From positions 171 through 64,170 of the forward strand of contig CASFSV010000016.1 in the NCBI GenBank assembly GCA_949297415.1: DNA of 64,000 nt, written 5' to 3'. Below are positions 9,754-20,100 of the stretch, one piece after another. Under the pieces are notes generated by a model. It was not told the origin of the DNA. It was given only the letters and a program-made list of their open reading frames with translations, and searched no databases. The translations under genes and the position numbers were made by a program. Origin of the DNA: an uncultured Alphaproteobacteria bacterium (GTDB taxonomy: Bacteria; Pseudomonadota; Alphaproteobacteria; RF32; CAG-239). The first letter of the stretch is position 1. Every line of letters starts with the position of its first letter.

Positions 9754-12700
9754 TTAGAATAATTCGATGTCTCCTGAAACTTCTTCTTCACTTTCCGGTA
9801 CTTCCGTTACTGTTCCATCAGCTGCCGGTGGTGGGATTGCTCCTATATTTTTACGTGATTGTTGTTGATTATTTTGGTTAGTATTATCGCTAATTAAAGG
9901 TGTTCCTCCATTATTATTGGAATTATTTGCATTATTATTTTGTGATTGATTTCCTAAAATAACTTTTTGACTACCTTTAGAGTTATTTCCTTCTACGGTT
10001 GATGTTGAGGTTCCTTCACGTCCATCATAGAATCTTTCATTTACTAAACCACCTTCGCCACCGCCTGGTATCGCTGTTGCAACTCCTTTCTGAATATCTT
10101 TTGTACTCCTTAACCATAAATCTTGCATCGGATAAATTATAACTCGTGTTCCTGCCGGGACATACGTCACTGGCTCTATTTGTGATTTACTATCTATTAT
10201 CTCTTGCAAAATTTGATCCATCTTTTCCATAAACTGTTGACGAGCATCTGAAGCAGCCTGTTGCTTAGATGTTTCTACTTCTCCGGTGCTATCTTCATCG
10301 GCGGCCATCATATATGTTATCGCTGACGTTACCATTGTACCTACAATCGGCAATGTATACTTCTTTACTAACTGTTCATCAACATAACCTAGAGCACCAC
10401 CGCCACGTCCTTGTGCATCTCCTGTTTGAGTTCTGCCCGGTGATAACAAAAATGCAATTCCATCTGGACGAATAATTCTCTCCCATGATATTTCTAGCTT
10501 TACACCACCGCTTGTATTATCAAATCTAGCTTCCGCATCTGTCGTTTGTAATCCACCTATTATTCTACTACCGGCCGGAATAATAACATTTCTTCCAGAA
10601 TCTCCATAGATATTTCTTTCGACAATTGCTGTTACCGGTGCCGAACCTAATGATATCAATGAACGTGCTAAGACTGCCGGAATTGGTTTGTCTCCGGTAA
10701 TCATATTATCCATATTGACTCTTAATGTCGATACAGAGCGATTTAACCCCCAATCATCTTGCCAGCCAGTATAGGATGCAGCATCGTACCCTGGTTCTAT
10801 TTTGGCTGCGACCATTGTTCTCCTTCTTTCATCTTGAAGCTGAGATAATATTGCTGCTCGTCTCGGATTGTAACGCCCTCCGGGGCCTATGCCGCCTCCG
10901 GGGCCAACATTCGTTATTTCATTTCCACTGCTGTATGGATTTATGGTCGCTCCTGTTGCAATTTGCTTCCACCAATTTGCATTTACGCCTTTACGATCTG
11001 TTGTTCTTTGTTGTTCAAAATTACCAACTTTATTTCCTTCATTATCAAATATTTCTCCTTTTTCATTCGTACTACCCACTACTGTACCTGATTCATCTAT
11101 TACTTTGTTGTTACTGTATACATCTCCTATGTAACGTCCTCCAGGTGTCACTGCTATTCCAACAACTTGATAGTCTTCTTTTGTTTCTTGAGCTGCCAAT
11201 TCTTCTGGACTCAAAATATCCTCTATATCTTCTTGTTGTGCGTCATTGTCTTCTATTTCCATATCGGTATTATTAATTTCTTGTTTTTCATCTTCTTGAG
11301 GTGCTATTTCATCAATTACTTTTGTATCAGGAATTTCTTTTATAATTTCTTCTTCTTTGGGTTCTGACGGACGCTGATAATACTGCAACTTTCCGGCTTG
11401 ACCAAGTAATTCCCCTGAAGATGAAATAACCTTACCTTCTTCATCAATTTTGCCTATCTCTATATTTTTTATATTAACAACGCTTCCATCCAGATTAAGA
11501 TGACCGATTATTTGATTATTATTATCCCTTATCTCGTAGTCTCTTGCTCCTCTTCCTATCAAATTCTGTTTTTTATCCAAAACAAAACCATTATATATTG
11601 AACCTTTTATTTCTCCCATTACACTGTATACACGACCATTTTTAGCAATATACCCTATGGTTTTACCTTCATTGTCATATACATATAGATCGTATAGCGC
11701 ATATCCATTACCGCCTTTTTTAATTTTGACTTCACCTGTGTATAGAACTGTTCCTAAATTTTCACCAGAATCTGAAACAACATTTCCATCAGGCTTAACC
11801 CTTCCTAAGTATATATTATTTGAATCAAACGCTACAGTGTATTGAAACGGTACGCCTATGTTTTTTCCATCTTTTGCTAAAATACTTCCGTCTAAGTCTA
11901 TTGTCGCTATTTGTATGCCGGAAGAATCTACAACATTTCCGTAGAAATTTGTGTAGCCTATAATCTTATTATCAAACCCCATAACAGACATATATGGAAT
12001 TATTTGTCCTATAATTTCTTTTTGGGAGTTTCTTACTTTTCCACTAATGTCAACACAACCTAAATTCTGATTATCGTAATTTAGAACAGTTCCGGAAGTA
12101 TTGCTAACTCCGATTATATCTCCCCCCTTGCCATTTATAGCTTGAGGATACATAATATACCCAATTACATCTTCAGTTTCATTTACAACTTGATTGTTTG
12201 CTAGTATCATTCCTAGATATGCATCTTTTGATGTGCGAGCTTCTCCTCCATCCGATACAATACCTATTACCTTACATTCAGGTGAAATTATTGCTCCCAT
12301 ATTTAGAGCTTTTCCATATAAAGCGCCCATATTATCTAAAACATATCCATTTGAGCTTATCTTTCCTATTACTTCTGAACCTTTGGTTACCTGTCCTGTC
12401 AGACTATTTACTCCCAGATAATCACCATTAATACTTACACTAATTGGAGCATTATTTGACTGACCATAATTTTGTGTGAAGTTATCGGATAATCCTACGA
12501 CATTATTATTTGGCAATATCTTTGCAAAAACTTTATTTTGAGAATTAACGACCAAATTACCAGAATTTGCAGTACCTTGCATTTCTCCTTCAAAATTTGT
12601 TATGAATTTACTTTCTATCATTTTTCCTAGTAATTTGTTATTTTTATCCAGATAAATTCCGTTTCCTGTAAATTTTGCTATTTCATTTAATGAGGGATTT

Positions 12701-14109
12701 TCTGTTTTTCCTGCATTTGAAGTAAAAGATAATGTTGTTCCATCTTCTGTATAGATACCTCCTTGTTTGATGCTTATACCACTTAATTCTCCTTTTTCAT
12801 CAAACACATACCCGTACGGTGATATTTTATAAATTTGCCCATTTGCACTTAAACTTGTCCCTATTCCGCTAATTCCCAGAAATTCATTGTTATTATTAAA
12901 ACATAAATTACTTCCTAATGTTTTTCCTATTATATTACCGTTATTATCTACTGCATCACTTTGCTGTATTGTTCCTAAATCTACTCCTTCTAGGGATACT
13001 ACTTTACCGCCGATAGCAGCATTTGCTCGTAAATTTCCTAAGTAATCAAATATAGGTCCTTCCGGATTTATTATACCAATTACCTTTCCTTTTTCATCAA
13101 TAACTTTGCCTGATGCTCCAATTGTTCCTATTACATTTCTTTTACTTAATATCTTTCCCTCTGCCGTAATTCTTCCTAAATATTTCCCATCAAGTGTATT
13201 TGCTGTAGCTGCCATACTAACAGTAAAACCTATGGTGTTTCCTTCTTTATTAATTACTCGGTTTCCGTTTACGGCATGAGCAACCACAGTCCCTTTATTA
13301 ACAACTTCTCCATTATAGCTGACAACACCGATATATTGACCATTATTATTGAAAGCATAACCATTATCAACAATATGCCCTATCGCTACCTTTTCTTTAT
13401 TATATACGTATCCATTTGCATGAATATTTCCTATAACTTTTTTCTTTAAATCCATTACCTTTCCATCTGGAGCGATACTTCCCAAATATTTTCCGGCAGA
13501 TGATATTACCATTTTTGATGTAATCAGTTTTCCTGCTAAACTAATTTTATTTTCTGTTCCTGTTGTATAAGAATATACATAACCACTTGCCGTAACATAT
13601 CCTGTATTTTCTCCTGAAAGATTATAGAACTTGCCATCACCAGATACTCGGCCTATTACTTGACCAACGTCATTATATACTAAATTTGGAGATATAGAAG
13701 CTCCTAATATATCGTAGTTGTCATTTACAATCAGCCCATTGGGCAGAGCTTTTCCTACTAAATTATCATTTACAGAAGTCACTGATCCATCATTGTTAAC
13801 TTTACCCAGTATGCTGTTATTATATGATATAGCAATTCCCTGAGGAACAACTCCTCCGATTAGATTGTTTTCATTATCATACGCAAAACCATCTGCTGTT
13901 ATGTATCCTATTAATTCGTTATCACTGTTTATTACTGAACCGTCCGGTATTACTTTTCCAATTAAATCACCGTTAAAATTAAGTGCGCTTATATCTGCTG
14001 CCATTGCTTTTACGCTCATGGCAACACATAAAAAAGCTAATTCTAATATCTTACTTAATTTTATTATGTTTTTATGCAAATCAATTCCTCCGGTTTTGCG
14101 TAACTTCAT
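9754..14109 (-). CDS. virB10: Giant VirB10-family protein: signal-peptide-like N-terminus, about 860 aa of short G-x-V-x-D-x-x-G-x-x-IG repeats, acidic linker, VirB10/TrbI barrel, N/Q-rich acidic tail
   Basis: Barrel motifs TLRVNMDNMITGDKPIPAVLARSLIS, NVIIPAGSRIIGGLQ, ISWERIIRPDGIAF, GALGYVDEQLVKKY, VPAGTRVIIYPMQDL (about 10110-10740). N-terminus ILELAFLCVAMSVKAMA/AD. Repeats such as GDLIGKVIPDGSVINSDNELIGYITADGFAYDNENNLIGG. Lies between the 2093-aa ORF and virB11. Confidence 0.85.
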   Translation of the reverse strand: MKLRKTGGIDLHKNIIKLSKILELAFLCVAMSVKAMAADISALNFNGDLIGKVIPDGSVINSDNELIGYITADGFAYDNENNLIGGVVPQGIAISYNNSILGKVNNDGSVTSVNDNLVGKALPNGLIVNDNYDILGASISPNLVYNDVGQVIGRVSGDGKFYNLSGENTGYVTASGYVYSYTTGTENKISLAGKLITSKMVISSAGKYLGSIAPDGKVMDLKKKVIGNIHANGYVYNKEKVAIGHIVDNGYAFNNNGQYIGVVSYNGEVVNKGTVVAHAVNGNRVINKEGNTIGFTVSMAATANTLDGKYLGRITAEGKILSKRNVIGTIGASGKVIDEKGKVIGIINPEGPIFDYLGNLRANAAIGGKVVSLEGVDLGTIQQSDAVDNNGNIIGKTLGSNLCFNNNNEFLGISGIGTSLSANGQIYKISPYGYVFDEKGELSGISIKQGGIYTEDGTTLSFTSNAGKTENPSLNEIAKFTGNGIYLDKNNKLLGKMIESKFITNFEGEMQGTANSGNLVVNSQNKVFAKILPNNNVVGLSDNFTQNYGQSNNAPISVSINGDYLGVNSLTGQVTKGSEVIGKISSNGYVLDNMGALYGKALNMGAIISPECKVIGIVSDGGEARTSKDAYLGMILANNQVVNETEDVIGYIMYPQAINGKGGDIIGVSNTSGTVLNYDNQNLGCVDISGKVRNSQKEIIGQIIPYMSVMGFDNKIIGYTNFYGNVVDSSGIQIATIDLDGSILAKDGKNIGVPFQYTVAFDSNNIYLGRVKPDGNVVSDSGENLGTVLYTGEVKIKKGGNGYALYDLYVYDNEGKTIGYIAKNGRVYSVMGEIKGSIYNGFVLDKKQNLIGRGARDYEIRDNNNQIIGHLNLDGSVVNIKNIEIGKIDEEGKVISSSGELLGQAGKLQYYQRPSEPKEEEIIKEIPDTKVIDEIAPQEDEKQEINNTDMEIEDNDAQQEDIEDILSPEELAAQETKEDYQVVGIAVTPGGRYIGDVYSNNKVIDESGTVVGSTNEKGEIFDNEGNKVGNFEQQRTTDRKGVNANWWKQIATGATINPYSSGNEITNVGPGGGIGPGGRYNPRRAAILSQLQDERRRTMVAAKIEPGYDAASYTGWQDDWGLNRSVSTLRVNMDNMITGDKPIPAVLARSLISLGSAPVTAIVERNIYGDSGRNVIIPAGSRIIGGLQTTDAEARFDNTSGGVKLEISWERIIRPDGIAFLLSPGRTQTGDAQGRGGGALGYVDEQLVKKYTLPIVGTMVTSAITYMMAADEDSTGEVETSKQQAASDARQQFMEKMDQILQEIIDSKSQIEPVTYVPAGTRVIIYPMQDLWLRSTKDIQKGVATAIPGGGEGGLVNERFYDGREGTSTSTVEGNNSKGSQKVILGNQSQNNNANNSNNNGGTPLISDNTNQNNQQQSRKNIGAIPPPAADGTVTEVPESEEEVSGDIELF
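10110..10740 (-). other. VirB10/TrbI C-terminal barrel domain within the 1451-aa ORF (approximate bounds)
   Basis: Checked by reverse-translating DNA: PGYDAASYTGWQDDWGLN at about 10741-10795 lies just before the domain, and YPMQDLWL at about 10110-10140 ends it. Confidence 0.7.
11397..13977 (-). repeat. Coding array of short Gly/Asp/Ile-rich repeats in the VirB10-family ORF
   Basis: Residues about 45-905 are almost entirely 10-13-aa units such as GxVxDxxGxxIG. They end just before QRPSEPKEEE, confirmed at about 11365-11385. Confidence 0.75.
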
Positions 14110-17100
14110 CTAATACATATCCGGAAACTTGATTTCGGATATTTATATATGAGCCATTACTTTTCAAATATCCGATTTTTCCATTTGTCAGACTATATAT
14201 TGTTCCGTCGGGTGATAGTCTTCCCAAAAACTTTCCGTCGTTACCCAGTATATTAGCACCTATTTTATAACTATGTCCCAATATTTTTCCATTGTTATCT
14301 ACAACTAAATTTGACGAGATAATTTTCCCAATCACTGTTTTGTCCTGATTTAATATCTTGCCTTCTGCATTTACAAATCCTACAACTTTATCGTCTTTAT
14401 TTATTACTATATCATCTTCTACGATTTCTCCTATTAAATATCCTTTGTTGTCGACTGCCTGTCCTGAATTTAATATATGACCAATCTTGATGTTTTCTGT
14501 GGAAATTACACTACCATCAGCTACAACTTGACCTATTATCTTGCCTGAATAATTTAGAACAATTCCTCTCTTAAGTACACTGTAATTTTTATTTGATGTG
14601 CCTCCCGGTAGAATTGTCGTTACTATATTATCCTCATCATCAATAATATCACCAAGCGCATTTAAATATCCTCTTATCTTACCTTGTATATCTATTATAA
14701 AATCTTCTTTAATTACTTCGCCTATTATTTGTTTATTTTCATCTAAGACGTGACCTTCTGAACCAACACTTCCACTAATGTTACCGTCTACATCTATTAC
14801 CTTGCCACTTTTGCTAACATATCCTAAATATGAACCATCATAGCCAATGCCAACACCTGTTTTTACCAAACCTCCTTTGTATTCTCCTTGTTTATCAAAC
14901 ATTCTTCCTTTGCCATCAATGTGCCCTAATTCCGTACCCAAAACATCAATAACTTTGCCGGCATTATTTACAAAACCAATATAATTTCCATTGAAGTCAA
15001 CAACAGTTCCTGTTTCTATTATTTTTCCAGCCTTTTGAGAATAGAAAGAATTACCTTCATATACAAATTTATCAACTGCTATGCCTTTCTGATTATACAC
15101 ATAGCCATCCGCAAATAGGTGTCCTATTGTTTTTCCATTTGCATCTACCACAATATTTTTCTCTGGTAGCAATATCCCTTTCACTTCCAGTTTAGGATTT
15201 ACAAGATATTTATTAAATAAAATCTTTGTATTTGGAATTATATCCTTACTGTCATATCTAAAGTTTGATAAATTATCTATAAAATCTCCTTTTATTCCAT
15301 AAGCTTGGCTCTTATCCATAACTTGTCCGATTATAAAACCGTCTTTGTTTAAAATTTCCCCTTCTAAATTTGCACATCCAATCGCTTGTGAACCATTTTT
15401 TACTGTTCCATCCTGATTAAGCAATCCCATCATTTCACCACTATAGTATAATGCATACCCAGGCTCATATACCTTACCTATTAGCTTTCCATCTTGATTT
15501 AATACACCTCCGTCAGGATTTACACAACCAACATATCCTCCGTCATTATTACGAACAAATCCATCATATTCTGCTTTTCCGATAATATTACATCTTTCAT
15601 CTCTAACAGAACCAACTTTGGCTATGTCCCCAACATAATTGCCTTCATTGTCGACGATTGTGCGGTCAAAGATCATTCGATACTCTGTTTCTTTTCCGTC
15701 TTTTTTTACTTTTGCATCTCTATCTACATACCCTAAATTTTGGCATCCCCACCCAACTGCCATTCCACCAATAACAGTTTTCCCAATTATTTTCTCTCCT
15801 TCAACAGATTTTATCAGCGAATTTGGTAAAATTTTACCTATAATTTCTTCTTTGTTATTAATAACTTCTCCTTTGTTATTAATAATTCCTAAGCTATATC
15901 CATTAGGGGATATGGCTATCATATCTTTTTTAACAACTGTTCCTATCCTTACTCCATGCGAACTGATAACATTGCCGTTTTCATCTATATAACCGATGAC
16001 TAGTCCTCTTGCATTATAAACCTTTCCATCTTCCCCTATATAACCAATTACATTACCTTCCTCATCTACCGCCAAATTGGAATAATCTCCTACCTGTCCG
16101 ATGATTTTACCATTTTCATCTACTGTAAAATCAATATTTCCGCCTACTCGACCGACTATATTCCCCTTATCGTCTTTTATGCTTCCATCTTCTTGAACCT
16201 TACCCAGTATGTTCCCATTTAAATCTCTAGCTATTCCATTTTCATCAATGTAGCCTATCACATTCCCTGCTTCATCTAGCACAGATTTGCGTGAAATAAC
16301 TTTTAAATTTCCATCCCCTTGTTCGGCTAATCTTCCTATAATTTCACCATCGCTACCATAAACATTCCCGTCTTCCGCAACAAAACCGATGACCTTACCG
16401 TTATTACCAATGACTCTCCCTTTGTCATCAACATAACCGATAACATTTCCATCTTTGTCTAATACGACCTTTGCTAAATCTCCAGCTTTTCCTATTATAT
16501 TACCATTTATATCATTTATACTGCCATCTTCTCCAAGATATCCTAGCAATTTACCCTCAAAATCTCGCACAGTACCATCTTCATCAACATAACCGATAAC
16601 ATTTCCATCTTTATCATAGGCTAATTGGCGATTTATATCTGCTTTCCCTAGTACTTCTCCTGACACACCTATAATATTACCATCTTCATCCATAAAGCCT
16701 ATAAGTTCGCCGTTTTTACCGTATACTTTACCATCTTCTCCTACATAACCTATAACATTACCGTCTTTATCCAAAGCCAAAGTTTTCGTATCTCCAACTT
16801 TGCCTATTTCTCGACCGTATGCATCTATTATTCGTCCATCTTCGGTAGCTTTGCCTATCAAATTACCTTCAAAATCGTATACATTTCCATCTTCATCAAC
16901 ATAACCGATGACATTACCATCTTTATCATAAGCTACTCTTCCATTTTTCCCTACACTACCTATTACCTCATTTGTATTCTTTAGTATATTACCATTTTCA
17001 TCTACATAACCTATAACATTACCTTTGAAATCTTTAACACTGCCATCTTTATCAACAAAACCGATAACTTTACCATCTTTATCATAGGCAAGATTTTTAG

Positions 17101-20100
17101 CAGCTCCTACTTTGCCTATTATGTTACCATTTTTATCAATAACATTACCATTTTCGTCTACGCGACCTATAATGTTTCCGTTTTCATCAATAACATTACC
17201 ATTTTCATCGACATAGCCAATAATGTTTCCATCTTTATCATAGGCTAATCTTACGCTCTTACATGCCGTACATATAACTTCTCCGACAGCTTTTACTTCA
17301 TTATCTTCCGTTACATATCCGATTAGTTTGTTATCTTGGTTGAAAGCTAAATTGTTTTCTTTCATGTACCCAATAACATTATTTCCCTTATCCTTTAATG
17401 TTTTTTTATCCGCATCCAATTTTCCTATTATATTCTCTTTGACACTTAAAACATCCCCTTTAATATCAACAACACCTATTATTTTATCTTCATTTCCTCT
17501 TACATAATTTTGAGCATCTATATAGCCAATAATACTTTTATCCGCTTTTTGTACCACATTTAAAAATTCACCACGGGTTCCTATCAATAAACCTTTACTA
17601 TCTACTATATCTCCATTTTTATTTGTCCCAATGATTTTATTGCTAAAGTTTTTTACAATATCATTTTTATCTATGTAGCCTATAACCGTACCTCTTTTAT
17701 TTTTTATAATTCTTTTTCTAATACAGGTTCGACCGATTACCGTATCTCCAGCTTTGATTACATTCCCTTGCTTATCAATAAACCCTACTAAATTTCCGTT
17801 TTCATCAACAACTCGCCCGTCCTCATTTATATATCCTATAATATTTCCATTTTTATCTGTAGCAACTTGTTTATAGTCTCCGGCTTTTCCTATTACACGC
17901 CCTTTTTTATCTAGGATACTGCCATCTTCGGCCATCCGCCCTATTAAATTGCCCTTGAAATCCTTCACTGTTCCATCTGGTGTTACATAACCTATAACTT
18001 TGCCATTTTTATCGTAAGCAAGTCTTTTGAAATTTCCGGCAACTCCTAATTTTTCTCCGCTTGATGCTATTATATTACCGTTCTTATCAACTATTCCGAT
18101 AATTTTGCCATCACAGTTAATCACGCGTTTTTTCTCATCTATATAGCCAATAAATATCCCTTGATTATTGAAAGCTAATTCTTTTATTCCTCCAACTTTA
18201 CCTATTATTTTGCCATCTTTGTCGATTACATTGCCTGACGCGTCTTTTTTACCAATAACACTTCCTCCGCAACCTTTAACTATACCGTCTGTATCAACAT
18301 ATCCTATAAATTTACCATTTTTATCATAGGCTATTTCTCTTGATGTTCCGGCTTTTCCTATTATTTTTCCATTCGTTCCGATTATCTGCCCTTTGTCATC
18401 TACATAACCTAGAAGTGTGCCATCTTTTCCTATTACTCGACCTTTATCATCGACAACACCGATGACATTTCCTTTTTTATCATAGGCTACAGTTGCATAA
18501 TTACCTGCTTTTCCAATTTTTTGACCGTTCTTACCTATAATGTCACCTTTTTTATTTACTTTTCCAATGATGTTCCCTTCAAAATCTATTACATTGCCAT
18601 CATCATCTATATAGCCTATAGGCTTTCCATCCTTACCTAGAGCTATTCTTTTTTTATTCCCCTCTACACCTGCTTGCTTGGTACTAATGATATTTCCGTT
18701 TTTATCAACATTGCCTATATGTTTGCCATTATGATCAAAAACACGCCCTTGCTCATCTACATATCCGATGACGTTGCCATCTTTATCTAATGCTAATTTT
18801 GCATAAGCTCCTGCTTTTCCAATGATTTTTCCATCTTTATTAACGATATTTCCATCTTTATCCAATTTTCCGATAACATTGCCTTTGAAATCTCTTACTG
18901 TTCCATCCTTATCTACATATCCTATGACATTGCCATCTTTATCATAAGCCAACCTGCGGCTAACACCGACTTTTCCGATTACATCTGCTTTTTTATTATC
19001 TTGATCAAATTTAACAACTTTTCCATTTGCATCTATATATCCGATAGCTTTTCCGTCTTTGTCGTACACAATTTTACGACTCTCTCCATTTGTTCCTATC
19101 TTTTCTTTGGCTATTTTATATACATTGCCATTTTCGTCTACGTACCCGACCACATTACCATCTTGATCTACTACGCTGTTATCTGGCATGACAACACCTA
19201 AGACATTACCATTTTCATCCACTACTATATTTCCTGATGATGTTACTTTTCCGATGATATTGCCATTTTCATCAACAACTTCACCATTTTCATTTAAACG
19301 TCCTATAATTTTTTTAGGATCGTTTATATCAACAACAGTTCCATCAGGTAAAACTCGACCTATTATCTTACCATTTTTGTCATATACAAATCCTGCTTCA
19401 ACGGCTTTTCCTATAATTTCGCCCTTACTATTGACTATTGTTCCATCTGGTAGTGCTTTACCAATTACTTCTCCTTGCAAATCAACCACTGTTCCATCTG
19501 TCTTAACATAGCCAATAATGTTTCCATCTTTATCATAGGCTAATTTCATATTTTGTGCTACACCTATTATATTACCGTCGGCATCAACAATAAGCCCATC
19601 CTCATTTACTCGACCGATAATATTTCCGTCTTTATCATGAACATTTCCTGCTTCATCAATATACCCTATAATTTCCCCATTGGGACCTATTGCTAGACGA
19701 TGTGCACCTATACCGCTTTCATCTCCTATTGTGCATCCACTTCCTGAACTGCAATTTTGCGGATTATCCTCTGGATATACAGCACTTCCTCTGATGCTTA
19801 CTTCTTCAGACTTTGCACTTGATTTATCTAGTCTTGTTTCATACCATATTATCTTAAAATTATTTTGAACATTACCAGGTAAATGTGGAACCCACGTTAT
19901 TAAAACATTACAAGTTTCATCTCCGCGTAGATCTCTGTTTTTACATTTATCTCTAAACTCGAATCCATCTTCCGTTTCTTCAACCAATTCAACTCTTTCA
20001 ATATGGATACTTTCACTTCCGTCTGTACCTATTGTCAAAACACTTTGATTTTGAGTATCTACTCCTAAAATAAATTTATTCATGTTTATTTGAGCAGGTG

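Noticed and set aside
10725-11276. 183-aa + strand ORF (and neighbours at 10269-10475, 10889-11134, 11167-11367, 12194-12431) antisense to the VirB10-family gene
   Set aside because: These are Leu/Phe/Ser/Cys-rich shadow ORFs fully inside a long, motif-supported minus-strand gene. They have no SD or recognisable motif and are typical antisense artefacts in AT-rich repeat DNA.
14081-14109. Possibility that the 2093-aa ORF and the VirB10-family ORF are one gene broken by a frameshift
   Set aside because: The downstream ORF starts with its own convincing signal-peptide-like segment (KILELAFLCVAMSVKAMA/AD), which would make no sense mid-protein. A 29-nt overlap in different frames is compatible with translational coupling. 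A sequencing or assembly error cannot be excluded without reads.
14105-19690. Tandem repeats considered as a possible CRISPR array or satellite
   Set aside because: The repeats are in-frame coding units inside one uninterrupted ORF. They are imperfect and lack the unique spacers of fixed length expected of a CRISPR array. No cas genes are present in the window.
15639-19868. Several + strand ORFs (15639-15992, 19001-19201, 19188-19511, 19680-19868) inside the 2093-aa gene
   Set aside because: They lie antisense to a continuous 6.3-kb ORF. Their Pro/Ser/Thr/Ile-rich translations simply mirror the Gly/Asp/Ile repeat codons.
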